A DNA stretch of 64,000 nucleotides from Limnochordales bacterium (lineage in GTDB: Bacteria > Bacillota > Limnochordia > Limnochordales > DUMU01). The stretch's first letter is position 1. Every line of letters begins with the position of its first letter. This document shows positions 1 through 10,225 of this stretch, one piece after another. The stretch is from the NCBI GenBank assembly GCA_014896315.1, contig JADBKP010000003.1, forward strand, positions 58,134 to 122,133, written 5' to 3'. The position numbers and the translations under genes are program-made. Under the pieces are notes generated by a model. The model was not told where the DNA came from. It searched no databases and saw nothing but the letters and a program-made list of their open reading frames with translations.

Positions 1-2
1 TT

Positions 3-1040
3 ATGGTTACCGGGGGCGCCGGTTACATCGGCAGTCATGCCGTGCTGGCGTTGCGAGAAGCAGGATTCGACGTGGTAGTCTACGATAACTTGAGCCGCGG
101 CTTTGCCGACGCGCTGGCATCGGAAGACTTCCGGGGAGTACCGCTGGTTCGGGGCGATGTGGGCGATCGCCAGCTGGTAGGTGAGACTGTCCGCCGCTTC
201 GGAGTACAAGCTGTGATGCACTTCGCCGCCCTGGCGCAGGTGGCCGAATCGGTGGCCGAACCGGTTGGTTACTTCCGCAACAATCTGGTACAGGGGCTCG
301 ACTTCGTGGAGACGCTCCTCGATGCAGGCATCAACACGTTTATCTTCTCATCGACGGCCGCTGTCTACGGTGAACCGCAAACCATCCCCATTCCCGAGGA
401 TCATCCGACCTGCCCCACCAACCCATACGGTATGTCCAAGTTGAGTTTCGAGTACGTTCTGGCGAGCCTGGCCCGGGCGCGTGGGCTGCGTTACGCTACA
501 CTCCGCTATTTCAACGTAGCAGGCGCCGACCCGCAGGGACGGGCAGGAGAAAGGCATGATCCGGAAACCCACCTGATTCCGCTGGTGCTGCGGGCGGCCA
601 GCTCCGGGAAGGCCGTGGATATCTTCGGCACTGATTATCCGACGCCAGACGGGACGTGTATTCGCGACTACATCCACGTCACCGACCTGGTTGCCGCCCA
701 TATCCTGGCCCTGCGCGCGTTGCTGACCGGCGCGGTCGCGAGCCACCTTCCTTCCGGGGCCGGATACGGCCTCAAGTACAATCTCGGTAGTCAGAAGGGC
801 TACTCGGTCCGGGAGATCATCACCGCCGCCGAAAAGGTTGTCGGCCATTCCATAAAGGTAAGAGAAGCGGGAAGACGCCCCGGCGACCCGGCAGTGCTGG
901 TGGCCAGCTCGGAGCGGATCCGGCAGGAGCTTGGCTGGCAACCGCGCTTCGGGCTTGACGAGATTCTCGCTACGGCTTGGGCCTGGGAGCAAAAGCGCCA
1001 GACGGTAAATAAAGGACAAAGTGAGGAACATGGCAGATGA
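3..1040 (+). CDS. galE: UDP-glucose 4-epimerase (possibly 5'-truncated by window edge)
   Basis: Rossmann motif VTGGAGYIGSH at the N-terminus, SDR catalytic region PYGMSKLSFE, GalE-like length and C-terminus. Confidence 0.9.
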   Translation: MVTGGAGYIGSHAVLALREAGFDVVVYDNLSRGFADALASEDFRGVPLVRGDVGDRQLVGETVRRFGVQAVMHFAALAQVAESVAEPVGYFRNNLVQGLDFVETLLDAGINTFIFSSTAAVYGEPQTIPIPEDHPTCPTNPYGMSKLSFEYVLASLARARGLRYATLRYFNVAGADPQGRAGERHDPETHLIPLVLRAASSGKAVDIFGTDYPTPDGTCIRDYIHVTDLVAAHILALRALLTGAVASHLPSGAGYGLKYNLGSQKGYSVREIITAAEKVVGHSIKVREAGRRPGDPAVLVASSERIRQELGWQPRFGLDEILATAWAWEQKRQTVNKGQSEEHGR

Positions 1041-1840
1041 CGAAAGAGCGTACCCGTCCCTACCTCTTGTTCGATGCCGGGGGTACCCTGGTTTTTCCCG
1101 ATTTCCGTCTATTTGCCGAGCTGATCGCCAGAGCTTCCCCGGAACGGGTTCAAGTAGAGCCAGCAAGCCTGCACAACGCCTTCCTGCAGGCCACGCATAA
1201 ACTGGACGTCCTTCTTGGCCGCAAGCTGAGAGGGGAGAGAGTGGAAAGTCAGGGAACGGATCTCTTCATTTATAGGCAGATGCTGGCCTATGCAGGGGTA
1301 CCCGGCGAAAAGGTGGGTTGGATCCTGGCCCGCATCGACGAGCACGACCGCCAACGCAACCTGTGGAGCTTCACCTATCCCTGGGTGGCCGAAACGCTCC
1401 AGGCTTTGCAGGAGCAGGGCTGGTCGATGTCGGTCATCTCTAACTCCGATGGCAGGGTCGAACAGGTCTTATGGGAGGCAGGGCTCGGGCGCTTCTTCGA
1501 GATAGTGATCGATTCGCACCGCGAAGGATGTGAGAAACCCGATCCGCGCCTCTTCCAGCGGGCGCTGGCTCGACTAGGACTTCAGCCGCAGGATTGCCTT
1601 TACATTGGCGATTTCTATCACATCGACGTGCTGGGCGCTAACCGGGCGGGGATCGCCGCAGTACACCTGGACCGGGCCGGCCTGGCGGAGGCGGCAGGTT
1701 GGGAGGGCGTACGCCTGCCCAGCGTGGCCTCACTGCCAGATCTCTTGAGCAGACCCGACTTCTGCCTTGCTGATCCGGCCCTGCACCCCTTTGCGGGTAG
1801 ACGCAGCGGTACCGATTACTGCCGGCGACCGCCGTCATGA
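1037..1840 (+). CDS. HAD-superfamily hydrolase
   Basis: HAD motif I (LLFDAGGTLV), SNSDG motif and GDFYHIDVLGA motif; ATGA start/stop overlap with galE. Confidence 0.75.
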   Translation: MTKERTRPYLLFDAGGTLVFPDFRLFAELIARASPERVQVEPASLHNAFLQATHKLDVLLGRKLRGERVESQGTDLFIYRQMLAYAGVPGEKVGWILARIDEHDRQRNLWSFTYPWVAETLQALQEQGWSMSVISNSDGRVEQVLWEAGLGRFFEIVIDSHREGCEKPDPRLFQRALARLGLQPQDCLYIGDFYHIDVLGANRAGIAAVHLDRAGLAEAAGWEGVRLPSVASLPDLLSRPDFCLADPALHPFAGRRSGTDYCRRPPS

Positions 1841-1876
1841 ACTTTCTGCACCTTTCGACGTCAGGATATAATAACG

Positions 1877-2488
1877 GTGAAAGGGTGGTACTCCGTGCCA
1901 AAGCCGCGCAAGAACCTCGGCATCGCTGTCGGGTTGGTACTGCTCCTGGCCGCCGGCACTTTCGCTGTGCGGGTCGCCCAGGCGATCTCAGGGGATACTC
2001 CGACAGCGGACGCACCGTCGACCGTGCCACCGGACGGCAGTTCCCCGTTATCGGCCGAAGGAGCGGAGGGACCGGTGACGACGCTGACCCCTGCTATCCC
2101 CAACTGGCCGTCGCTGGCCCGGGCAGTGGCAGCCAATGAGATCCGTCTGCCCGGAAGCGGCCGCCATATGGTTTTCACCCTCGCCGTCGTAAACACGGGA
2201 GCCGATCCGTTAACGCTGCGCTTCAATACGGGACAACGGTACGACTTCCTCGTCAGTGACGCTCACGGCAGGGAGATCTGGCGTTGGAGCAGTTCGAGGG
2301 CGTTCATCCAGATGGTGAGTGAGGTAGTGGCCGCGCCGCGCCAGCTACTCGCCTACTCCGTAATCTGGGACGGTAAAGACGATGAGGGACGACCCGTCGC
2401 TGGCGGCGAGTACTGGGTCCAGGGGGTCCTCACCACCGAGCCGTGGGCCGCCACCGAACCCGTCCGGTTTACCTGGCCCGGCCATTGA
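1877..2488 (+). CDS. secreted protein with BsuPI-like (proteinase-inhibitor fold) domain
   Basis: N-terminal signal peptide (LVLLLAAGTFAVRVAQA). The block LRFNTGQRYDFLVSD..GREIWRWS..F matches the pattern of the Bacillus Ipi/BsuPI domain. Confidence 0.6.
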   Translation: MKGWYSVPKPRKNLGIAVGLVLLLAAGTFAVRVAQAISGDTPTADAPSTVPPDGSSPLSAEGAEGPVTTLTPAIPNWPSLARAVAANEIRLPGSGRHMVFTLAVVNTGADPLTLRFNTGQRYDFLVSDAHGREIWRWSSSRAFIQMVSEVVAAPRQLLAYSVIWDGKDDEGRPVAGGEYWVQGVLTTEPWAATEPVRFTWPGH

Positions 2489-2515
2489 CAGCCCCAAACC
2501 GGGCAACACGGGTGG

Positions 2516-3352
2516 TCAGTACAGCTTGTCCACCACCGCGTGGGCCGTCTTTTCCGTATAAGTGAGGGCACGGTCGCCAAGCCGCAGCACAACCCCCGTC
2601 CACAACAGGTCGAGGAGATGTATCTGCGCTATCTTGGAACGCAACGCACCGCTGCCGAGCGGCCCTTCCCGGCAGGCCGTCAGCAAGGTGATATCGGCAA
2701 CCTCCACAATCGGAGCCCGCTTGTAGTCCGTAATGGCAATCACGGTTGCCCCAGCTTCGCGTGCAATGCGGCAGGAATCAACCACGTCTTTGGTGCTTCC
2801 CGAATGTGTGATCCCAACGGCCACATCCCCCGGCCCGAGAGTGGCCGCGGACATGGCCTGCAGGTGGGAGTCAACATAAGCGTCGCAGGTGAACCCGACG
2901 CGCAAGAACTTGTACTTAGCATCGAGCGCCGTTACCCCCGACGCACCCACCCCGTAAAACTCGACGCGCCGCGCACCCACGAGGGTGTCGATGGCTTTCT
3001 CCAAAGCCTGATAATCAACCATGCGCGCCGTATCCCGGATGATCTCGAGGTTGGCGTAAGTGACTTTCTCCACCATGACCGGCAAGCCGTCACCGGGCTG
3101 AACATCCCCCTGGATCTCCCGGGGAGGATCGCGATGTTGCAAGGCCAGAGCCAGCTTCAACTCCTGATAACCCCGGAATCCTACCGACTGGCAAAACCGG
3201 ATCACCGTCGACTCGCCCACTCCGCAAGCTTCCGCCAGCTGCGTCACGGAGGCGTAGATCACTTCCTCCGGATGTTGCAGGACATAGTCGGCCACACGTT
3301 GTTCGGACGGCGCAAGTGAGGGATACATCGACCGGATCTCGGCCAGACCCAT
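2516..3352 (-). CDS. MurR/RpiR-family transcriptional regulator (HTH + SIS domains)
   Basis: RVADYVLQHPEEV..SVTQLAEACGVGESTVIRFCQSVGFRGYQELK HTH_6 signature followed by a SIS domain (GVGASG). Track ORF extends to 3463; ATG at 3352 gives a typical 278 aa. Confidence 0.85.
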   Translation of the reverse strand: MGLAEIRSMYPSLAPSEQRVADYVLQHPEEVIYASVTQLAEACGVGESTVIRFCQSVGFRGYQELKLALALQHRDPPREIQGDVQPGDGLPVMVEKVTYANLEIIRDTARMVDYQALEKAIDTLVGARRVEFYGVGASGVTALDAKYKFLRVGFTCDAYVDSHLQAMSAATLGPGDVAVGITHSGSTKDVVDSCRIAREAGATVIAITDYKRAPIVEVADITLLTACREGPLGSGALRSKIAQIHLLDLLWTGVVLRLGDRALTYTEKTAHAVVDKLY

Positions 3353-3486
3353 CTGCCTCGCCGTCTCCCCTACCGAAAGTCGTCCAGTCACCGCCACAGA
3401 CTCGCACCCCCGCCTACGGCGGAGGACCGGGCCGCCCCCAGGACCGGCCCAGTCCTGCATCAAGAATAGTTGGTTAATCTCCCAAT

Positions 3487-4332
3487 TTACGATTCGACTT
3501 CAGCCAGAAGTCTCTGTAGCGCGCGGAAGCTGGCAATCGTGCCCTCCTTAGGCTCTTCCCTGCCCTCAAACTCTACGGAGAGGGCACCCTGGTAGCCGGC
3601 TCGATGTAGTTCACGAATGATCTCCTGTATGGGAACCTGACCCTCGCCAGCGATGGTGCCCTTAAACCTCTTGCCCGACAAGGCGGAATATGCAGGACCC
3701 TGATCATCCGCACCCACTTCGAGGAAGTCCTTGAAGTGAACATGACTGGTGCGGTGGGCAAGCCTCCGGGCGGCAACCAGCGGATCGTCGTCTACCAGCA
3801 GGAAGTTGGCGGTGTCAATATTGGCCGTCAACGCCGGTGAACCGACCGCGTCGAGAATCTCTGCCACCTGCTCGCTGCGACCGGCAAAGTGCCCGTGATT
3901 CTCCAGAGCCAACCGGATCTGCCGCCGCTCGGCATACTCGGCAGCTTGCCGCAGTCCTTCAACTATCCACGCCTTCGCCTGCTCAAAGGCGATCCCCTGC
4001 CGGGCATCACCGGAGAAGACCCGCACTACGGGAGCTCCCAGGGCACGAGCTACCTCAATGTCCCAGAGCACCCGCTTAATCTCCGCCTCCCGCTTGGCCT
4101 CATCCTCTTGGACGAAGTTGTTGGTAGCATCGTAGGCAGCAACGGTCAGCCCGTGATCCTGGCAGAACCTGACCACCATCGGCAGCTCGGTTGGGAGGTC
4201 CTGCCAGAAGATATTGAGAAGCTCAACGCTGGGAATCTGGTTGGCCGCCGCCCACTCAAGGAATCCCATCACATTCATTTCCTTGGCATACCAGTAGCGA
4301 TGAAGGCTCCACATGCTAACGGAAATCTTCAT
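3487..4332 (-). CDS. sugar phosphate isomerase/epimerase (xylose-isomerase-like TIM barrel)
   Basis: AP_endonuc_2/TIM-barrel pattern (LENHGHFAG, ANIDTANF, HVHFKD); operon position between nanE and the RpiR gene. Confidence 0.75.
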   Translation of the reverse strand: MKISVSMWSLHRYWYAKEMNVMGFLEWAAANQIPSVELLNIFWQDLPTELPMVVRFCQDHGLTVAAYDATNNFVQEDEAKREAEIKRVLWDIEVARALGAPVVRVFSGDARQGIAFEQAKAWIVEGLRQAAEYAERRQIRLALENHGHFAGRSEQVAEILDAVGSPALTANIDTANFLLVDDDPLVAARRLAHRTSHVHFKDFLEVGADDQGPAYSALSGKRFKGTIAGEGQVPIQEIIRELHRAGYQGALSVEFEGREEPKEGTIASFRALQRLLAEVES

Positions 4333-4418
4333 CAGGACTTACTCTCCTTTGCTCATACGGCTTTTTCTATCTTTCTCCTCGGCCGCGGCTTTCCCTGCCA
4401 TCCCGCGCGGCCCTGTCG

Positions 4419-5111
4419 TCAGCGGGCGGCTCTTCTTGGGGTAACAGCAACGAACTGCTCAGTAATCCACTGCGGGCGGGTTATGGCCGTTCCTACCACG
4501 GCGGCAAACGCTCCTGCTTCGAAGACGGCCTTGAGATCCTCCGGCGTGTGAATCCTCCCCTCGCAGATAACCGGCACGGGGAGAACTTCCGCCAGACGGC
4601 GTACCAACTCGATGTCAGGGCCGCGCAAGGCCTGCGCTTTGCTCTCTTCCGTATAGCCGGAAAGCGTCGTGGCGACTATATCTGCCCCTGCCTCGGCCGC
4701 CGCCACTCCCTCCTCAAACGTGGATATGTCGGCCATTACCGGCACGTGCAACTCGGTGTGAATGGCCTCGATCAACTCGCGCGGCGAAAGACCACCAACC
4801 CGGGGCCTGGGGGTGGCATCCACCGCTACCAGGTCAGCCCCCGCGTCCACCACCGCCCGGGCAGCTTCCAGGGTCGGAGTTATATATACCGGGTAGCCCT
4901 CGGTTTGCTGTTTGAAGATGCCAATGATCGGCAGCCGGACCGCCCGACGGATGGCTGCCACGTCGTCGGGACCGTTGGCCCGGATACCCACTGCTCCTCC
5001 GAGCTCGGCCGCACGGGCCATGGCCGCCATGATATACGGGTCACGCAGTGGATCACCCGGAGGGGCCTGACACGAGACGATCAGGCCCCCTTTGAACTGG
5101 GAAATATCCAT
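4419..5111 (-). CDS. nanE: N-acetylmannosamine-6-phosphate 2-epimerase
   Basis: KGGLIVSCQA..GDPL, GIRANG and PIIGI motifs typical of NanE; 230 aa. Confidence 0.85.
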   Translation of the reverse strand: MDISQFKGGLIVSCQAPPGDPLRDPYIMAAMARAAELGGAVGIRANGPDDVAAIRRAVRLPIIGIFKQQTEGYPVYITPTLEAARAVVDAGADLVAVDATPRPRVGGLSPRELIEAIHTELHVPVMADISTFEEGVAAAEAGADIVATTLSGYTEESKAQALRGPDIELVRRLAEVLPVPVICEGRIHTPEDLKAVFEAGAFAAVVGTAITRPQWITEQFVAVTPRRAAR

Positions 5112-5223
5112 CCACCGAACCTTCTCTCTTCTTCAGCTTGTTGAGATCAGCGCGCAGCGAATGCCGGGATTATCCAGCCCGGCACTTTGCTTCCCATATT
5201 CGCTACCTGCAGGAGGTTTCCTC

Positions 5224-6423
5224 CTAGAACACCTGAGCTATGAGACACTTGAGGTAGGCAGTCTCCGGTACGGAAAGCAGATACGGATGATCTTTGGCCT
5301 GGCTGCGATACTCGACCACCTGGAGCATGCGGCGGGTGTCACTGGCTGCCTCCTGCACCACCTGCAGAAAAAGGCCGAAATCCATGTGATAGGAGCATGA
5401 GCAGGTGACAAGGAACCCGCCCGGGCGCAAAAGCTTGATGGCGCGCAGGTTGATCTCCTTGTAACCACGCCAGGCGCCCTCTAGCGTCTCCCGGCCCTTG
5501 GTAAAAGCGGGTGGGTCGAGGATGCACAGGTCGAACACTTCATCCTTGCGCACAAGTTCGCGCAAGAAGTCAAAGGCGTTAGCCGTCTCCCAGCGCACGC
5601 TGCCGGACGCCGGAACCAGCCCCTCATCCCGCAGAAGCCGCTCATTCTCCCGGGCAAGAGCTACCGCCTCCGCTGATATATCCACCGCCACAACTTCGCC
5701 AGCACCGTAGGCGAGGCTGTGCAGAGCAAAACTCCCGGTATGGGAGAAGGCATCGAGGACCCGCATGCCCGGAGTGATCAGAGTTCGAAGCTGGCGGCGA
5801 TTTTCCTTTTGATCGAGGAAGTAACCGGTCTTCTGACCGCCCCGCAGGTCTACCCAGAAAGGAAGGCCGTTCTCCCGGATCTTGATCCGGTCCGGAACGC
5901 TGCCGTAGAGGAGTTCTATCCCCCGCGGCAACCCTTCTCGCTCTCTTACGGGCGCGTCCTGACGGCCAAGGATCCCGCGGGGGGAGAGCTCTTCGACCAG
6001 TAGCTTCACCCACAGGTCCCGGCGCCGGTCCACACCAACGGTGAGGAATTGACAGACGAGGTAATCCTCGTAGCGGTCGACGATCAGCCCGGGCAGGAAG
6101 TCGCCCTCACTGAAGATGAGGCGGACGCTGCGCTCGTCGGGGTAAAAGAGGGAACGACGGCGGAGGGCCGTGATGATCCTCCGCCGGAAAAACTCCTCGT
6201 CAATCGGCTCCGGGTGACGCGATAAGAGGCGTACGCAGATCTGGCTCTTGGGGCTGTAGAACCCTTGCCCCACCCAGCGCCCGGCCGCGTCGACAACGGC
6301 CACCAGGTCGCCGGGCTCAGGTTGGCCCTGGATCTCGGCGACTTCGCCGCTATAGACCCAGGGATGACCGGCCAGCAGCCTCCGCTGCCGGCCCGGTTTG
6401 AGAACCAGGCGGGCAGACTCCAT
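5224..6423 (-). CDS. class I SAM-dependent rRNA methyltransferase, RlmI-like (PUA + MTase)
   Basis: N-terminal LKPGRQRRLLAGHPWVYSGEV (PUA-like), SAM site VLDAFSHTGSFAL, DPPAF motif. Start moved to ATG 6423 (MESARL), which avoids overlap with trxA. Confidence 0.8.
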   Translation of the reverse strand: MESARLVLKPGRQRRLLAGHPWVYSGEVAEIQGQPEPGDLVAVVDAAGRWVGQGFYSPKSQICVRLLSRHPEPIDEEFFRRRIITALRRRSLFYPDERSVRLIFSEGDFLPGLIVDRYEDYLVCQFLTVGVDRRRDLWVKLLVEELSPRGILGRQDAPVREREGLPRGIELLYGSVPDRIKIRENGLPFWVDLRGGQKTGYFLDQKENRRQLRTLITPGMRVLDAFSHTGSFALHSLAYGAGEVVAVDISAEAVALARENERLLRDEGLVPASGSVRWETANAFDFLRELVRKDEVFDLCILDPPAFTKGRETLEGAWRGYKEINLRAIKLLRPGGFLVTCSCSYHMDFGLFLQVVQEAASDTRRMLQVVEYRSQAKDHPYLLSVPETAYLKCLIAQVF

Positions 6424-6430
6424 ATTCAGT

Positions 6431-6766
6431 TCAGGCAAGGGCTCCCGTGAGCCATGCTTCCAGCTCCCGTGCCGGCCGGTAACCCACCAGGCGGTCGACG
6501 ACCTGGCCACCGCGGAAAAGGATCAGCGTGGGAATGCTCATTACTCCATACTCCCCGGCCAGATCAGGATTCTCGTCCACGTTCAGCTTCACGACCTTTA
6601 CCCTGCCTGCAAAGCGAGACGCCACTTCTTCCACGACCGGGCCCATACGCAAACACGGGCCACACCAGGGAGCCCAGAAATCAACGACCACCGGGATCTC
6701 GCTCATCAGGACATCCCGGTCAAAGCTTTCCTTGTTGACCGCCAATACCGTGCCGGCTTCTGCCAT
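6431..6766 (-). CDS. trxA: thioredoxin
   Basis: WAPWCGPC active site; 111 aa. Confidence 0.95.
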   Translation of the reverse strand: MAEAGTVLAVNKESFDRDVLMSEIPVVVDFWAPWCGPCLRMGPVVEEVASRFAGRVKVVKLNVDENPDLAGEYGVMSIPTLILFRGGQVVDRLVGYRPARELEAWLTGALA

Positions 6767-6916
6767 GCGTGATCCTCCTGTGAACTGGAATGCTGGCGAC
6801 TCCCATTTTAGGTATCCCCGAGAAGGCTTGTCAAACCGCCGTTTAGGATGTCCGCTCCCGGCCTGGCATACGCCGGGAAGATATCCCGGATACTAACAAC
6901 GAAAGGATGTGAAGGG

Positions 6917-9100
6917 ATGGCGCATCGGCGTCCGCCGGCCCGCCGACTCCGACTCCAACCATACCAGGTCGGTCTGATACTGCTGGCCCTGCTCGTGCTC
7001 GTACCCTTTACGATAACCTTTATCAGGGGGCTCGGGCTGGTACGCGCCTACGAAATGCGGCAGCCGCTGACGGGAGCAACGGTGCTTGACCGCCGGGGCG
7101 AGATGATCGCCGTGATCGGCAGTCGCAACCGCAGCTACGTGCCGATCCAGAGAATCCCCGTCCACCTGCAACAGGCCATTATTGCGGTGGAAGATGCCCG
7201 CTTTCGCCGCCACCCCGGTATTGACCCCATCGGCATCGTCCGGGCCCTGATCACCAACCTGCGCGCCGGCCGCGTGACCCAGGGCGCCAGCACCATCACT
7301 CAGCAGCTGGCAAAGAACCTCTTCCTTACCCCCAGCCGCACCTTGCGGCGGAAACTCGAGGAGGCGGTCCTTGCCCTCGTTCTAGAAGCAAGATACAGCA
7401 AGGACGAGATTCTTGAGCTCTACTTGAACTCTGTCTACTTCGGACAGGGAGCCACGGGCGTGCAGGCGGCCGCTTTGACATACTTCGGCAAGCCGGTAGG
7501 TGAACTATCCCTGGCAGAATCCGCCCTGCTCGCCGGACTTCTCCGCGGCCCTGCTATATACGACCCCTACCGGCATCCCGACAGAGCCCGGCAACGCCGG
7601 CAGTTGGTGCTCAACCGGATGGCGGAGGAAGGCTATATCACACCCGAGCAGGCGGAGGCGGCCGGCCGTATGCCCATAAAGGTGGAGCGGCGCAGTCCCA
7701 CCCAGGCCCCTTACTTCGTCGACTGGATAACGGCCGAGCTTCTCACCAGGTACACCCCCGACCTTGTCTACCGCGGGGGATTGCGGGTTCACACCACGCT
7801 GGACCTCGACGTGCAGCGGGCGGCGGAGAGCGCCCTGGCGGCCCAGCCACACCAGGGAGCTATCGTCGTCCTCGACCCGAAGGATGGCGGCGTTCTGGCC
7901 ATGGTGGGCGGGCGAGAGTACACAACCAGTCAGTTCAACCGGGCCGTCTCAGCCTACCGGCAGCCCGGGTCGGCTATGAAGCCCTTCGTCTATGCAGTTG
8001 CTTTCGAAAAGGGCTATAACATGTCGGATGCCATCTTCATCGATCAACCGATCAGTATCGCAGGCTACAGTCCGGCCAACTTCCGCAACGAATACCTCGG
8101 GACGACGGTGACACTCAAGTATGCGTTGGTCGAGTCGCTCAACAGCATTGCCGTGCAGCTGTTGCATCGTATCGGAGTCAACCCCGTCTTCGAACTGGCA
8201 AAGCAGGCGGGGCTGGCACTCAAGCCTGAGGATCGGACCCTGGCGTTGGCTCTGGGAGGGATAAGGGGCGTCACCCCGCTGCAGCTGGCAGCGGCTTACA
8301 ACGTCTTTGCTGCCGGGGGTGTCTACCATCCGGTTTATGCCATTACCAGGGTCGTAACCGATAGCGGGCGCGTACTGGAGGAGCATACCCCCACCCCGGG
8401 GACGCGGTTGCTCTCGGTTGAGAGCACCTACCTGCTGACCAACATCCTGGAAGATGTGATCCTAAACGGAACAGGTAAGGCAGCCGCCATCGGCCCTGGT
8501 CTGCCGGCCGCAGGCAAGACCGGTACATCAGACGACCGCACCAACGCCTGGTTTGCCGGCTATACGCCCGAGATGACCGCCGTAGTCTACATAGGTAACG
8601 ACGACAACTCTCCCCTGGGAACTACGGGCGGTCTGGCCGCTGCACCCGTATGGGGTGATATGATGCGCCGCATCGCGGCCACACGCAAGAGTCTTACCCG
8701 CGGCCGTTTCCCGCCGCCCCCTGGAATTGTCACCGGGATCGCCATCGATCGGATCACGGGTGCGCTGGCCACCGAAAACTGCCCGGTCGATCAAATCGAA
8801 TGGGATGCGTTCCGTGAATGGAGCATACCGGAGGCAACCTGCCCCTTGCACCCGGGAACGCCCCTGCGCCCTCAGCAGCAGGCGGGGTCGGCCGAATCGT
8901 CCGAGCCTGCGGCCCTGTCCCCCGCCCCGCCCGAGCCGACCGCCATGGAAACGCCGGCCTCCCCCTCACCCCCTTCCTCCCTGCCTCTCCCGGACGATCT
9001 ACCGGAGCAGGAGAGCGATCCCCTGCCGCCCGGTGAGTACCCCATTGCCCCGCTTGATCTACCCTTCCCTCTCTCTCCTCTTGCCCCCCTTGCCCCCTAG
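6917..9100 (+). CDS. class A penicillin-binding protein (GT51 transglycosylase + transpeptidase) with Pro-rich C-terminal tail
   Basis: EDARFRRHPG (GT51), SAMKP (SxxK), SLNS (SxN) and KTGT motifs; N-terminal membrane anchor. Track ORF starts at 6848; ATG 6917 follows GAAGGG. Confidence 0.9.
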   Translation: MAHRRPPARRLRLQPYQVGLILLALLVLVPFTITFIRGLGLVRAYEMRQPLTGATVLDRRGEMIAVIGSRNRSYVPIQRIPVHLQQAIIAVEDARFRRHPGIDPIGIVRALITNLRAGRVTQGASTITQQLAKNLFLTPSRTLRRKLEEAVLALVLEARYSKDEILELYLNSVYFGQGATGVQAAALTYFGKPVGELSLAESALLAGLLRGPAIYDPYRHPDRARQRRQLVLNRMAEEGYITPEQAEAAGRMPIKVERRSPTQAPYFVDWITAELLTRYTPDLVYRGGLRVHTTLDLDVQRAAESALAAQPHQGAIVVLDPKDGGVLAMVGGREYTTSQFNRAVSAYRQPGSAMKPFVYAVAFEKGYNMSDAIFIDQPISIAGYSPANFRNEYLGTTVTLKYALVESLNSIAVQLLHRIGVNPVFELAKQAGLALKPEDRTLALALGGIRGVTPLQLAAAYNVFAAGGVYHPVYAITRVVTDSGRVLEEHTPTPGTRLLSVESTYLLTNILEDVILNGTGKAAAIGPGLPAAGKTGTSDDRTNAWFAGYTPEMTAVVYIGNDDNSPLGTTGGLAAAPVWGDMMRRIAATRKSLTRGRFPPPPGIVTGIAIDRITGALATENCPVDQIEWDAFREWSIPEATCPLHPGTPLRPQQQAGSAESSEPAALSPAPPEPTAMETPASPSPPSSLPLPDDLPEQESDPLPPGEYPIAPLDLPFPLSPLAPLAP

Positions 9101-9155
9101 TGGCCCCCTTTGTGAGTGTGCAGTAACGGCAACAGCGCCAAATAAGAACGTGAGA

Positions 9156-9190
9156 ACAAAAAACAAAAAACGCCCGGATGTCGCCGGGCG
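9156..9190 (-). terminator. rho-independent terminator after rpsI
   Basis: 7-bp GC stem CGCCCGG/CCGGGCG (9171-9190), followed on the minus strand by TTTTTTGTTTTTT. Confidence 0.7.
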
Positions 9191-9213
9191 AGGTCTGATG
9201 CTTGAGTTCCAGA

Positions 9214-9606
9214 CTACCGCTTGCTGTACTGCGGTGCCTTGCGCGCCTTCTTCAAGCCATACTTGCGCCGCTCCTTCATGCGCGGATCGCGCGTGAGGAA
9301 GCCCGCCTTCTTGAGAGGTGCGCGCAACTCCGGTACTTCCATCTGTAGAGCCCGGGCCAACCCGTGACGTACGGCATAAGCCTGCGCCACGATACCGCCA
9401 CCGCGGACGTTGGCCACCACGTCCCAGCGTACCTCGACGCCGGCTACCCGGAACACCTCCTCGATCGCCTGCACCAGTAGATCACGGCCAAAATACTCCT
9501 TGGCCTCTTTTCCGTTGACCACGATCCGACCGCTGCCAGGCATCAACCGCACCCGGGCGACCGCCGTCTTCCTGCGACCGGTGGCCATAGGAATCGTCGC
9601 TGCCAT
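9214..9606 (-). CDS. rpsI: 30S ribosomal protein S9
   Basis: TGRRKTAVARV near the N-terminus and ...KKARKAPQYSKR C-terminus; follows rplM. Confidence 0.95.
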   Translation of the reverse strand: MAATIPMATGRRKTAVARVRLMPGSGRIVVNGKEAKEYFGRDLLVQAIEEVFRVAGVEVRWDVVANVRGGGIVAQAYAVRHGLARALQMEVPELRAPLKKAGFLTRDPRMKERRKYGLKKARKAPQYSKR

Positions 9607-9727
9607 CTCATTCCCTCCGCTCAGATTCGCAAGTGACCTGGAGAATCATAACGACCTACACCACTCAGGCGGACCCAGCCTTCGCCTCCTGCCGCCTCCA
9701 CTACACGGGCTCCTGCTCCAGGGCGGC

Positions 9728-10159
9728 TCAGACCGGCAGGACCTCCGGCTTCTGTGCCTGGTGCGGATGTTGCGGCCCCGCGTACACCTTCAGCTTGCGC
9801 AACTGCTTCCGCCCGAGAGTGGTATTGGGCAGCATGCGGCGGACCGCCAGCCAGATAACGCGCTCCGGGTGACGCCTGAGCATCTCCCGGGCCGTCTGGC
9901 TCTTGATTCCGCCCGGATGCCCCGTGTGCCGATAATAAATCTTCTTGTCGAGCTTCTTTCCGGTCAGAACAACTTTGTCAGCATTTACCACGATGACAAA
10001 ATCGCCCGTGTCCACGTGCGGAGTGAAAACTGGCTTATGCTTTCCCCGCAAGATTGAGGCCACGCGGGACGCCAGCCGACCAAGCGTCTTTCCGCTAGCG
10101 TCGACCACGTACCACTTGCGCTCCACTGAACCGGGTTTTGCCTGAAATGTCTTCTGCAC
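9728..10159 (-). CDS. rplM: 50S ribosomal protein L13
   Basis: [32 protein letters not shown] at 10159 sits 7 nt after AAGGGGGA (track ORF extends to 10183). Confidence 0.93.
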   Translation of the reverse strand: MQKTFQAKPGSVERKWYVVDASGKTLGRLASRVASILRGKHKPVFTPHVDTGDFVIVVNADKVVLTGKKLDKKIYYRHTGHPGGIKSQTAREMLRRHPERVIWLAVRRMLPNTTLGRKQLRKLKVYAGPQHPHQAQKPEVLPV

Positions 10160-10225
10160 GCGCGTGTCCCCCTTGTATCGCACACTCCACCAGTCTACGG
10201 CAATACCCCAGCTTGTGTCAACACC

